Source of the DNA: Myxococcota bacterium
Lineage (GTDB): Bacteria; Myxococcota_A; UBA796; UBA2385
NCBI GenBank assembly: GCA_044344255.1
Contig: JBIJDH010000001.1
Span: forward strand, 32,001 to 96,000
Direction: 5' to 3'
Length of the DNA stretch: 64,000 nt
The position numbers and the translations under genes were made by a program. Of this stretch, positions 9,574 through 19,056 are shown in pieces. Under the pieces are notes generated by a model. It saw nothing but the letters and a program-made list of their open reading frames with translations, was not told the DNA's origin and made no database searches. Every line of letters begins with the position of its first letter. The first letter of the stretch is position 1.

Positions 9574-9627
9574 TGTTCCCCTCCGCGACGCTGCTCCCCT
9601 CCGCGACGCTGCTCCCCTCCACGAGGC
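9574..9627. repeat. 18-bp tandem repeat x3, intergenic upstream of lolC/E
   Basis: tgttcccctccgcgacgc / tgctcccctccgcgacgc / tgctcccctccacgaggc. Confidence 0.9.
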
Positions 9628-9763
9628 TTCTCCCGCACCCTCGCCCACCGGTGGCGCGGAGGCCCAAGCCGACGCGGCGCGTTGGAGCGCGGCGACAACC
9701 CTCAAGGGCGAGGGAGGCGAGGAGCGGGGTCATCGGAGCTTCGACCTCGGAGGGGCCGCCGGC

Positions 9764-10930
9764 TTAACCGGGTTCTTGCGCGCTGGCGTCCCCCGCCGCG
9801 GCGTTGACCCGCGCGAAGCGGGGCCGATAGCTGAGCTCGACCATCAAGCGGCGGAAGACCTCAAGCGGCATCGAGGACCGGCCGTGAGCGTCGATGACCT
9901 CGGTCTCGGCGCCCTCCATCCAAGGGGAGACCGGATCGAGCGGGTCTTCGAAGTACACGCGCCCAGCTCGAAGATCGTAGACCCGCACCTTGTGAGGCAA
10001 GGTGCGAAGCGGGTCCTCACCCACCCGTCGCACCGTCCGGTCGCGGCTGGTCTCGGTCTCCAGCGTGACAAAGACGCTCTCGCCGGCGCGAGCCGAACGC
10101 TCCACGATGGAGAGCCCATCGCGAAAGATGTCTGGGAGCGAAGAGGTGTCGAGGCCGAGCGCCGCCAACCGCTCGGCGACGCGGCTCTGCTCGACGGAGA
10201 GGGTCTCCCAGGTCTCACCGGTGACGGCCTCCAACAGGCGGTCGAAGGCGCCGAGCCCCACCCCGCTGCCGGTGTTCCGGTCGCCGCCCGCGGCGCCGGC
10301 TGGGCCGAGGTCCGTGGGTGCCCCCGGCGCCGCGGAGACGGGCTCGAAGTGCCCATCGTCGAGGTTCCGATAGTCCAGGTTCGGGTAAGCGAGCTCCATC
10401 AGCGCCACCTGAAGCAGGCGGCTCACCGGGCTCCGCCGCGCCTCCGCCACCGTCCAGCGTAAGGCCTCTTCGTCGCGCAGCAGCTCCACCCCGGGGCTGA
10501 GCTCGACCGCACCGGTCGGGCCGGCGAGGCCCACCACGAGTCGCGCGTACTCGGCCGGATGGCGGAGGGCGAGGTGAACCTCGACGCAGGTCACGGCGCA
10601 GGTGCCTTTGTGCCCCTGGTTGATGCGCCCGGGCTCGGCGAGGTTGCGCAGCAGCTCTCCCAGGAGGCGGACGGCGCCAGGCTCGAGGGCGAGGGAGGAC
10701 GCCACACCGCCGATCAAGAGCCGATCGACGCTCTGCGCGAGGGTGTCCCCCCGACGATCGGCGCGGACCCAGAGCTCTCGCTCGCAGATCGTGTGGAGCG
10801 CCTCCGCGCAGCGCTGCCGCCAAGTCGCGGCGTCTTCTCCCGGCGGGAAGGGGTACACCCCGACCAGGGGGCCGTCGAGGACCCGAAGGGCCCGCGCCAC
10901 ACAGCGGTGCTCCACGGCCGCCGGGGCCAT
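9764..10930 (-). CDS. Hypothetical protein with papain-like Cys-protease motifs
   Basis: INQGHKGTCAVTC...HPAEYARLVVGLA, later PHKVRV and YFEDP; codon usage looks coding. Confidence 0.7.
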   Translation of the reverse strand: MAPAAVEHRCVARALRVLDGPLVGVYPFPPGEDAATWRQRCAEALHTICERELWVRADRRGDTLAQSVDRLLIGGVASSLALEPGAVRLLGELLRNLAEPGRINQGHKGTCAVTCVEVHLALRHPAEYARLVVGLAGPTGAVELSPGVELLRDEEALRWTVAEARRSPVSRLLQVALMELAYPNLDYRNLDDGHFEPVSAAPGAPTDLGPAGAAGGDRNTGSGVGLGAFDRLLEAVTGETWETLSVEQSRVAERLAALGLDTSSLPDIFRDGLSIVERSARAGESVFVTLETETSRDRTVRRVGEDPLRTLPHKVRVYDLRAGRVYFEDPLDPVSPWMEGAETEVIDAHGRSSMPLEVFRRLMVELSYRPRFARVNAAAGDASAQEPG

Positions 10931-11066
10931 CAGGGAGCCAGCCCCCGGCCCGGCGGCCGGAGAAGATCGGTGAAAAGAGCGGGGCGATAAGGGGGAGACA
11001 TGGAGGCCCCGGCGGGACGCGCGTGCGATGGTGGTTCCGGGTTAAGCCGCCCGCCCGGAGTCTTCC

Positions 11067-11594
11067 ATGCCAACCTCCCTCGTCGGTCACCCCTCGCCTC
11101 CCTCTTCACCTCCCTCTTCGCCCCGCCCCTCGGCCTGGCCCCTCCTCATCAGCCTCGTTGGCCTCCTCGCCGCCGTCGGCTGCGACAAGGCCGAGACCGC
11201 AGACGCCTGCACCGAGATCGGCTGCGAGGACGGCTTCGCCCTCGAGATCCAGCGCGTCGGCTGGGAGGAGGGCAGCTACACCCTCCAGATCACCGCCGAC
11301 GGCCGCCAGACCAGCTGCAGCGTGACCATCCCGCTCCCCGCCGAGGGCGGCGCCTGCGATCGGCCCGGCTACCTCTTCGAGACCTCCGGCTCCGAGCTCG
11401 ACGTCTCCGAGCAGGCGATCACCGGCCTCTTCGTCGCAGGCGCGGACTACGCCTCGCTCACCACCATCCTTTCGCTCGACGGCGTCGAGCTGGCCTCGGA
11501 GACCTGGACCCCCACCTTCGAGGAGGTCCAGCCGAACGGCCCCGACTGTGAGCCCACCTGCGAGAGCGCCGACGACACCTGGACCGTCCCCTGA
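11067..11594 (+). CDS. Cys-containing lipoprotein of unknown function
   Basis: GGAG RBS; lipobox AVGC; ACTEIGC near the N-terminus and PNGPDCEPTC near the C-terminus. Confidence 0.85.
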   Translation: MPTSLVGHPSPPSSPPSSPRPSAWPLLISLVGLLAAVGCDKAETADACTEIGCEDGFALEIQRVGWEEGSYTLQITADGRQTSCSVTIPLPAEGGACDRPGYLFETSGSELDVSEQAITGLFVAGADYASLTTILSLDGVELASETWTPTFEEVQPNGPDCEPTCESADDTWTVP

Positions 11595-11633
11595 GCCGCC
11601 CGCGGCGGCCTACAGGGCCCCGCGCGCAGCCCC

Positions 11634-12713
11634 TCAGAGCCAGCCGCGGCGGCGGAAGCCGTAGATCATCGCCAGGGAGAGCGCCAACATGAGCAGCATC
11701 ACGTCGAAGTAGCCCGATCGCCACTGGAGCTCAGGCATATGTTCGAAGTTCATGCCGTAGATGCCGACGATGAAGGTGAGCGGCATGAAGACGGTCGAGA
11801 CCACCGTGAGCACCCGCATGACGTCGTTCATCCGGTGGCTGGCCATGGCGAGGTGGAGGTCCAAAGCCCAGGCCGCCGCCTCCCGATAGCTGTCGACCGA
11901 CTCGGCGACACGGATCAGGTGATCGTGTAGATCTCCGATGTAGGGCTGCGTCTCGGCACGAATGAGCTCATCGCCGGTACGGTGGAGCGTGCCCACCACG
12001 TCCCGCAGCGGCGCCACGTCCTTCCGGAACCGTTGGATCTCTCGCCGGAGGCGGTAGATGCGCTCCGCCTGATCGGCCGCCGATCGATGGAGCACCTCCT
12101 CTTCGAGGGCCTCGACACAGCCAGCGAAGTGCTCGAGCACGAGGAAGTAGACGTCCACGATCGAGTCGACGAGCGCGTAGGCGAGGTAATCCGCGCCCGA
12201 CCGCCGCACCCTCCCCGTGCCCGCTCGGATCCGCTCGCGGACCGGATCGAAGACGTCACCGGGCAGCTCTTGGAAGGTGATCACGAAGTCTGCCCCCAGG
12301 ACGAGGCTGATCTGCTCGACCCGCGGGGAGGTGCCCTCTCCTTCCGGCGGCTGGATGATCTTCAAGACCATGAACAGATAGTCACCGTAATCTTCGAGCT
12401 TGGGCCGACTGGACGGGTTGAGGACGTCCTCGCCCACGAGCGCGTGAAGACCGAAGGCCTCGCAGACCGCGCTCACCATCTGCACGTCGTGCAGACCGTC
12501 CACGTCCACCCAGAGGACTCGCCCCCCTCCCCTCGACTCCGCGGCCCGGGACGGTGTGATCTCTCGCTCTTCGCGCACGAACCCGTGGTCGTAGACAAAG
12601 CGGTTGACCGCCACTGGGGTCCCCGACCGCTCGCCCGTGTACACCGCCGAGCCGGGCGGCAGCCCGACGTGGATCCCCGCGTGCTTGGCGTGAGCTCTTC
12701 GTTTGGCGCTCAT
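11634..12713 (-). CDS. corA: Magnesium/cobalt transporter CorA
   Basis: GLPPGSAVYTG, QRPK-like SRPKLEDY, GADYLAYALVD, GIYGMNF and MPEL signature. Confidence 0.97.
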   Translation of the reverse strand: MSAKRRAHAKHAGIHVGLPPGSAVYTGERSGTPVAVNRFVYDHGFVREEREITPSRAAESRGGGRVLWVDVDGLHDVQMVSAVCEAFGLHALVGEDVLNPSSRPKLEDYGDYLFMVLKIIQPPEGEGTSPRVEQISLVLGADFVITFQELPGDVFDPVRERIRAGTGRVRRSGADYLAYALVDSIVDVYFLVLEHFAGCVEALEEEVLHRSAADQAERIYRLRREIQRFRKDVAPLRDVVGTLHRTGDELIRAETQPYIGDLHDHLIRVAESVDSYREAAAWALDLHLAMASHRMNDVMRVLTVVSTVFMPLTFIVGIYGMNFEHMPELQWRSGYFDVMLLMLALSLAMIYGFRRRGWL

Positions 12714-12752
12714 GCGCTCACTCCGCGGGCTGCGCGTCGGGGTGCTTGGGGT

Positions 12753-15221
12753 TCATTTGGCGCTGGACCTCCGTCGGCGGGGCGGAGATCGCTGGTGCAA
12801 GGGAGGGAACTCGCCGAGCGGGCCCGCCTCGGGAGCGGCACCGACAGAGAGGAGGCTGCGGGGCACCGAGCCCCGGGGCAGGCCCACCCACTGATCGCCC
12901 CACGGCAGGAGGACCGCCTCGTCGGGGATGGGGAAGCGGGCCCCCGCCTCCTCACCGAGCACGGCGACGATCTCCAGCCAGGCCGGCAGGGCCGACTTCC
13001 CGCCGGTCTCTTTGTCCCCGAGCGAGGCCTGGCTGTCCGATCCGATCCAGACGGCGACGGTGTGCTTCGGCGTAAAGCCCACGAACCAGGCGTCGATGTT
13101 GTCATTGGTGGTGCCCGTCTTCCCCGCCCGGTCGTGGAGGGGGTCCCACGCGCGGCGCGCGGTGCCCTTGCGCACGACCTCCCGCAGCATGTCGGCCAGC
13201 TCGTAGGCGACCCCCGCCGGGAGGGCTCTCGGGAGGGGGCCGCCGGGCAGCCGGCCCCGGCGGACCCCGTCGATGAGGATCGGGCCCCCCGCCCGCCCGA
13301 GCTCCACCCCGGCGCTGTCCCGCAAGAGGTCGATGAAGACGGGATCGGTGGGCACGCCCATCCGAGCGATGGTGGCATAGCCGAGGGCCTGATCCATCGG
13401 CGTCACCTCGCTCGAGCCCAGCGCGATGGTGGGGTCGCGCCGGAGCGGCGACCGGACCCCCATCTGCCGCGCGAGGCGACCCACGGCCTCAGACCCCACC
13501 TCGAGGCCCAAGCGCACGGCGACCGTGTTCAGGCTCTTCGCCAGCGCGCTGCGCATCGGCAGCGGGCCGTCGTAGCTCCCGTCGTAGTTCTGGGGGCTCC
13601 AAATAGCGCCGTTGCCCGCTGGGAGGGAGAGGGGCGCGTCGAGCACAGTGTCGATCTGGGTGTGGCCGCCCAAGAGCGCCGCGCCGTAGACATAGGGCTT
13701 GAAGCTGCTCCCCGGCTGCCGGCGGCTCTGGGTGGCGCGAACGAAGCCCTCCAGACCCACCTCGTAGCCCCCGACCAGGGCCACGACCCGACCGGTCTCG
13801 TTCTCGAGCACCACCGCTGCCCCCTCTCCCCAGGGCCGGGTGTCCAGGCGCAGCCGCTCCCCCTCCTCCACGCAGACCCGCAGCACGTCTCCGGCGAGCG
13901 CGACCGCCGAGAGGGGCGCAACGGTCGGCTCCGGACCCGCGCCCCGCACCTTGAGCGCGCGGTCCGCCTCGCGGAGGGAGAAGCGGAAGGGGCCCGCGAG
14001 GAGGGTCCCGAGGTCTGCAGGCCCCCTGTCCCCTCCGGCCGCTCCGACGACGGCCTCGAAGCAGTGACCGCCCGGGGGCCGGAGGACCGCCCCGCTGCTC
14101 AGGCTGCGAGGGAGCCCGGGGGCCTCGACGAGGAAACGATCCCGCGCCCCGGCGGACAGGTTCCGCGAGGTGGCGCGGAGCCCCTGCCGCTCGTCGAGCG
14201 CGACCAGCGCCCCCCGCACCGCCTGCTCGGCCGCCGCCTGCACCGCCGGATCGAAGGCCGTGTAGACCTGGAGCCCCGCCTCATAGACGACCGAGTCGGG
14301 CAGCAGCCGCCGGAGCTCACGCCGCACCTCGGTGATGTAGGAGGCGTCGGTCCCCCGGGGCGCCTCGGTCCGCCCGCGGAGGGTGACCGGCTCCCGTTGG
14401 TAGGCCTCAGCCGCCTCCGCCGTCACATAGCCCTCCTCGACCATCGCCCTCAGCACGATGGCGCGCCGCTCGGCCGCCCGCTCGGGGCTCCGGCGCGGGG
14501 AGTAGCGGCTCGGAGACGGGATCAGCCCGGCGAGCAGCGCCGCCTGGCCGGGGTCAAGGTCACGCGCAGGGATCCCGAAGTAGTCCTGCGCCGCCGCCTC
14601 GACGCCGTAGTTTCCTGCTCCGAGGTAGATGTAATTCACGAAGAGCTCGAGCAGCTCGTCCTTGCTGAGCTCCCGCTCCAGCCGGAGGGCGAGGGCGGCC
14701 TCCTTGAGCTTTCGCTCGTAGCTGCGCTCGTTGCCCACGAGGATGTTCTTCACGAGCTGCTGCGTGATGGTCGAGCCGCCTTGCGCGACCCCGCCGGCCT
14801 GCAGGTTCGTCCAGAGGGCCCGGGCGATGCCCTGATAGTCCACGCCGTGGTGGCGGTAGAAGCGACGGTCTTCGGCGGCGATGAAGGCGCGCTGGGTGAC
14901 CGTGGAGAGCTCGGACAGCGGGACCCAGATCCGGCGCTCGAGGTAGAACTCGTCAATGAGGGCGCCGTCGCTCCCATAGACCCGGGCGGAGGTCGGCGGC
15001 CTCCAGGTGCGGAGGCTGCTCAGGTCTTGCGGGAGATCGACGAGGATGTTCTGTTTCACCCACCAGCCCGCCCCGAGCGCTCCCAACAGCCCGAGCAGGA
15101 GCAGCACCATCCCCGCCCGCAGCCACCACCAGACCGCACGACCGCACCAGCGGAGCGCGCGTCGAAAGCGGCTCCCCTCCGCGCTGCTCACCCTCGGCTT
15201 GTCCTGCGGCTCCTGGCTCAC
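12753..15221 (-). CDS. Class A penicillin-binding protein (PBP1A family)
   Basis: TM anchor; transglycosylase EDRRFYRHHGVD, GGSTITQQLVK, RKLKE; transpeptidase GSSFK, SLN, KTGTT. Start uncertain (GTG 15221, GTG 15191 or ATG 15110). Confidence 0.93.
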   Translation of the reverse strand: MSQEPQDKPRVSSAEGSRFRRALRWCGRAVWWWLRAGMVLLLLGLLGALGAGWWVKQNILVDLPQDLSSLRTWRPPTSARVYGSDGALIDEFYLERRIWVPLSELSTVTQRAFIAAEDRRFYRHHGVDYQGIARALWTNLQAGGVAQGGSTITQQLVKNILVGNERSYERKLKEAALALRLERELSKDELLELFVNYIYLGAGNYGVEAAAQDYFGIPARDLDPGQAALLAGLIPSPSRYSPRRSPERAAERRAIVLRAMVEEGYVTAEAAEAYQREPVTLRGRTEAPRGTDASYITEVRRELRRLLPDSVVYEAGLQVYTAFDPAVQAAAEQAVRGALVALDERQGLRATSRNLSAGARDRFLVEAPGLPRSLSSGAVLRPPGGHCFEAVVGAAGGDRGPADLGTLLAGPFRFSLREADRALKVRGAGPEPTVAPLSAVALAGDVLRVCVEEGERLRLDTRPWGEGAAVVLENETGRVVALVGGYEVGLEGFVRATQSRRQPGSSFKPYVYGAALLGGHTQIDTVLDAPLSLPAGNGAIWSPQNYDGSYDGPLPMRSALAKSLNTVAVRLGLEVGSEAVGRLARQMGVRSPLRRDPTIALGSSEVTPMDQALGYATIARMGVPTDPVFIDLLRDSAGVELGRAGGPILIDGVRRGRLPGGPLPRALPAGVAYELADMLREVVRKGTARRAWDPLHDRAGKTGTTNDNIDAWFVGFTPKHTVAVWIGSDSQASLGDKETGGKSALPAWLEIVAVLGEEAGARFPIPDEAVLLPWGDQWVGLPRGSVPRSLLSVGAAPEAGPLGEFPPLHQRSPPRRRRSSAK

Positions 15222-16785
15222 GGTCCCTTCCTGCGCGCAGCCGCCCCCTGGGGAGGAGGCACAGCCCCCTCCGGAGGGCGCCGCTGGCGAAGATACTCCG
15301 TCTACCGTCGCCGCGGGGCCGACCCTCCCCGCCGGGCCGCGCACCGTCCTCTTGCTGAAGCTGGATCCCGCAGAGGTCGTCGGGTCCTTCTCCCGCGAGC
15401 CCGAGCTCCGCGGCCTCACCACCGTGCTGATCGAGCTCGGGCTCGCCGATCTCCCCGACGTGGTGCCCCTCGTCACCGGGGCGCCCATCTCCCCGGGCTT
15501 CAAGTACGACCTCGCCGAGGGCCGACAGACCTGGACCGGCGCCCTCCGCCTGGAGGGCCACGACGCCGATCTCCGCCTCGTGCTCACCGTCTGCACCCCC
15601 GAGGGCCCCTGTCACCCCTCCGAGGCCAGCGCCAGCCGCGACCGCCTGGAGGTCGCCGTCGCCGAGGTGCTGGGCGAGACCGCGACCCACCTCGGGCGCA
15701 CCCCCGCCGCGGCGATGCAGGCCGACTGGGCCTCCCCGGTCTCCACCGACCCCTACGCCACCCTCCTCACGGGGCGCTCGGCCGCGGTCTGGTACGGCCT
15801 GCTCCCCGCCGCCCCGCTCGAGCAGGAGGGCGACGTGGGGCGTGATCCCATGGATCGCGCCGCCCACGTCGACCCCGAGATGGAGGCGGCGTGGTGGCTG
15901 CTCGGTCGCCGCGCGATGTCCCGCGGCGACGCCTCGGGCGCCCGCCAGTACGCGGCCCTCGGCCTCGATGCCAACCCGCGCCGCGTCGCGCTGCTCGCCG
16001 ATCAGGCCGCCTCCGTCAGCGGGAGCGGGCGCCCGATCGAGGCCGCCGCCGCCTGGGAGCTCGCCGCCAAGGCCTCTCCCCGCGATCCCCGCTTCCTCAT
16101 CCCCCTGGCGCGGGCCCGGCTACGCGCCGGGCGCCCCGCGGAGGCCGGGGCGGCGCTCGACGCCCTCGCCGCCGTCGCCGATCAGGAGCCCGCCGTCGCC
16201 GAGCTCCGCGTCGCCATCGCAGACCAGCTCTCGGCCGAGGGGGCGAGCGACACCCTGCTCACCCGCTGGCAGGAGGTGGCGGCCGACGACCCCGAGCCCG
16301 TGCGCCGCCGCATCGAGGACCGCGTGACCACCCAGCGATACGAGGAGGCCCTCCTGCTCGTGCCTCTGCTCGTCGCCCGCGGGGAGCTCCAGGCCGGGCG
16401 GGAGATCGAGCTCGCCCTCGCCGTGGCGGTCGCCGACTGGGGCCGCGCCGCCGCCACCGCTGAGGCCCTCGACGACCCCCGCACCGCCGACCGGGTGCGG
16501 GCCCGGGCCGCCCTCGAGTCCGGCGCCGCCACCCCGCCGGCCGAGCTCGACCACGTCGAAGATCCCGTCGCCTTGGTCGTGCGCGGCCGGGCCTGGCTCA
16601 ACGACGGCCACCCCGGCCCCGCCCTCAGCGACGCCCGCGCCGCCCTCGCCCTCGACCCCTGGATGCCTGAGGCCCTGGCCCTGGAGGCAGACGGCTTGGA
16701 GGAGCGCGGGGACGCCGCGGGCGCCGAGGCCAGCCGCGCCCGCCTGCGCCGTGTCGATCCCGACTGGCTCTCCGCGCAGCCCTGA
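15199..16785 (+). CDS. TPR-repeat protein, probably exported
   Basis: Open frame 15007-16785 with TPR-like helices (ARAALALDPWMPEAL, ELAAKASPRDPRFL). The start is unresolved; TTG 15199 is used provisionally. Confidence 0.7.
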   Translation: MSCGSWLTVPSCAQPPPGEEAQPPPEGAAGEDTPSTVAAGPTLPAGPRTVLLLKLDPAEVVGSFSREPELRGLTTVLIELGLADLPDVVPLVTGAPISPGFKYDLAEGRQTWTGALRLEGHDADLRLVLTVCTPEGPCHPSEASASRDRLEVAVAEVLGETATHLGRTPAAAMQADWASPVSTDPYATLLTGRSAAVWYGLLPAAPLEQEGDVGRDPMDRAAHVDPEMEAAWWLLGRRAMSRGDASGARQYAALGLDANPRRVALLADQAASVSGSGRPIEAAAAWELAAKASPRDPRFLIPLARARLRAGRPAEAGAALDALAAVADQEPAVAELRVAIADQLSAEGASDTLLTRWQEVAADDPEPVRRRIEDRVTTQRYEEALLLVPLLVARGELQAGREIELALAVAVADWGRAAATAEALDDPRTADRVRARAALESGAATPPAELDHVEDPVALVVRGRAWLNDGHPGPALSDARAALALDPWMPEALALEADGLEERGDAAGAEASRARLRRVDPDWLSAQP

Positions 16786-16796
16786 GGGCCTTCGGC

Positions 16797-17621
16797 CTAC
16801 CGCCCGCCGGTTGGCGGGGCTCCAGCGGGCGGAGGCACGGGCGGGGGAGCCGGTGCGACCACGGGCGGCGGCTCCGGGCGCGCGGGCGTCGGTGGCGGGC
16901 CGAGCACGGCCGCGGGCTCGACGGGCAAGGGGGCGCAGTCGCAGGGGCCCGGGCTCCAACAGGCGGCCCCGAGGACCAGCAGGGCCCGCCCGTCGGCGAT
17001 CTCTCCACCAGGGCAGACATGACCTCCGCCGACCCCGAGGATCGCGACCCGCGCCGTCCGCTCGGCGGGGGGTCGCGGGGAGGGCTGGGAGAGGCCAGGC
17101 GCCACGCTCAAGGTCACCGGGCAGCCGCCCCAGGGCGACAAGAAGCGCTCCTGCCAGGCGACGAGCTCCTGGTAGCCCTGGCCCCCGGCCTCGACCCGCG
17201 CGTGGAGGCCCTCGACCGCCATTCGGAGCTCCCCGTCGACGAGGGCCCGCACCGTGGGGGCTTCCGCGATCACACCCACCCGCGCGCGCTCCGCCTGCGC
17301 CGCCTGCACGCGGTCTCGGGCGAGGGCGCCGAGGGCGGGCGTCCGCGCGAGGAGGGAGGCCGCGGCCCCGTCGACACAAGGGTCGAGCCCCCGCTGGAGC
17401 TGGACGGCGAGGGCGTTGTGGACCCGCCGGAGGGCCGACAGGGCGGCCTCCGCCGCCTCGACCCGGCGCTCGAGCTCGGTCACCTCCGCGAGCAGCTCCG
17501 CCGGGCCCGGCGCCAGCGCCGCCGGCCCATCATTGGCCCCTGCGGCCTCCGCATCGTCGCCCACGAGCCCGCCGAGGGGGCCGATCAGCCAGAGGGCCAG
17601 CGCGCTCAGGGGGAGGGTCAT
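16797..17621 (-). CDS. Secreted hypothetical protein (coiled-coil N-half, Cys-containing C-domain, Pro-rich tail)
   Basis: Hydrophobic N-terminus; ELERRVEAAEAAL coiled coil; CWSPGPCDC. Confidence 0.7.
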   Translation of the reverse strand: MTLPLSALALWLIGPLGGLVGDDAEAAGANDGPAALAPGPAELLAEVTELERRVEAAEAALSALRRVHNALAVQLQRGLDPCVDGAAASLLARTPALGALARDRVQAAQAERARVGVIAEAPTVRALVDGELRMAVEGLHARVEAGGQGYQELVAWQERFLSPWGGCPVTLSVAPGLSQPSPRPPAERTARVAILGVGGGHVCPGGEIADGRALLVLGAACWSPGPCDCAPLPVEPAAVLGPPPTPARPEPPPVVAPAPPPVPPPAGAPPTGGR

Positions 17622-17699
17622 CCGGGGAGGATATCACCGCGCCCCCGCGGCCATCGACCACCCGCGCCGCAGGGTAGGGAGGGACCGGGAGGCCTCACC

Positions 17700-19040
17700 G
17701 TGCCCAGGCTCACTCCGCGCCGAAGCGCGCTCCTCGCCGCGCTGCCCGCCCTGCTGCTGGCCCGCCCCGCCGCGGCCTGGCAGGACCACTATCTGCTCAC
17801 GGAGGCCGCGCTGCAGGCCGACTGGGCGAGCTGGGCCAACGAGCCCGTCACCGTCGAGCCTCTCGAGCCGCTGCTGCGCGGCGAGGAGGCGGCCCTCCGC
17901 GGTCTCTTCGAGGGCTACTACGCCTGGCTCAAGCAGCGCGGGAAGGGCCGCTGCCGCGTCCAGCGCTTCGAGGGCCCGACCGTGGAGGCCTTCAACCGCG
18001 CCGCGCGGCTCCACCCCGACACCCGCTACGCCCTCGTCGAGCGCGCCCTCCCCGGCGAGCCGGTGCCCGGAGCGCCGGTGCGCGCGGCGGAGGTCTCCGC
18101 CTATCTGCCCGACGACCCCTCCCGCGCCACCTTCGTCGACAGCACGCAGGGCACGCTGCCGGCGCGGATCGTGCTCGCCACCTTCTCCGACGAGCCCGAC
18201 TGGGGGATGGACATCGACCTCTGGGACCCGAGCCCCGGCGAGGGCGTCCTCTCCCCCGGCCCGCCCCTCGGCTACGGGTACGGCCCCCAACCCTACGGCC
18301 GGCGGTGGGGACAAGCCACCCAGGCGCCCTTCCACCAGCTCTTCCTCAACGAGCCGGAGGCCCTCCGCTTCGCGGAGCCCGACCTCGTGGTAGGCATGCC
18401 CGAAGAGCGGATGGAGCTCTTCCGCCGCCTCTCCCGCCTCGCGATGGAGACCGGACACCCCTACTGGGGCTGGCGCTTCGCCGCCTGGTACGTCCATTAC
18501 GCCCAAGACCTCGCCGAGCCCTACAACGGCAACGCGCTGCCGGGCGCGGACACCGCGACGCTCAAGCGCGTGGGCCGCTCGCCCGACGCCCCTTGCCTCC
18601 TCGCGTGCGCGTTCACCCTACGGGAGAACCGACAGACCCTCTATGAAGAGTTCGTCTCCCGCTGGCTCGAGGCCGCGCACCGCGCCGGAGCCCCCGTCAC
18701 CGACCCCCTCCTCTCCGCGCTGCACCAGGGGGCTACGACCTTCCCGGACACCACGGTGGGCGAGCTGCTCGCCCGCCTCGGGGCCCTCGCCCTCGTTCAC
18801 GGCCCCGCCGTAGACGCCGCCATCGTCGCGGCCTTCCCCGCCGCCCTCCACAGCGCCCCCGACATCGACCTCAGGGAGGACCCCCGCTACACCCCCGAGC
18901 GAGCCCTCGCCAGCCTCTCCGAGCCCGCCACGAAGGCCCTCCTCACCGAGGCGGGGGCCGACCTGCAGGCGGCGGGGGTCGCCACCCGCACCGCGCTCGC
19001 CCTCCTGCTGGCCGACCTCCCCTCGTCTCCTCCGCCCTGA
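17700..19040 (+). CDS. Zn-dependent phospholipase C/P1 nuclease-fold protein, exported (Tat-like signal)
   Basis: GGGAGG RBS then GTG; TPRRSALL...AAA followed by WQDH (mature N-terminal Trp plus His); DEPDWGMD, QAPFH, YWGWRF...HYAQDLAEPY. Confidence 0.75.
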   Translation: MPRLTPRRSALLAALPALLLARPAAAWQDHYLLTEAALQADWASWANEPVTVEPLEPLLRGEEAALRGLFEGYYAWLKQRGKGRCRVQRFEGPTVEAFNRAARLHPDTRYALVERALPGEPVPGAPVRAAEVSAYLPDDPSRATFVDSTQGTLPARIVLATFSDEPDWGMDIDLWDPSPGEGVLSPGPPLGYGYGPQPYGRRWGQATQAPFHQLFLNEPEALRFAEPDLVVGMPEERMELFRRLSRLAMETGHPYWGWRFAAWYVHYAQDLAEPYNGNALPGADTATLKRVGRSPDAPCLLACAFTLRENRQTLYEEFVSRWLEAAHRAGAPVTDPLLSALHQGATTFPDTTVGELLARLGALALVHGPAVDAAIVAAFPAALHSAPDIDLREDPRYTPERALASLSEPATKALLTEAGADLQAAGVATRTALALLLADLPSSPPP

Positions 19041-19056
19041 CGGCCCGGGCGGGCCG

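Noticed and set aside
11982..15845. 1287-aa plus-strand ORF
   Set aside because: Antisense shadow of corA and PBP1A.
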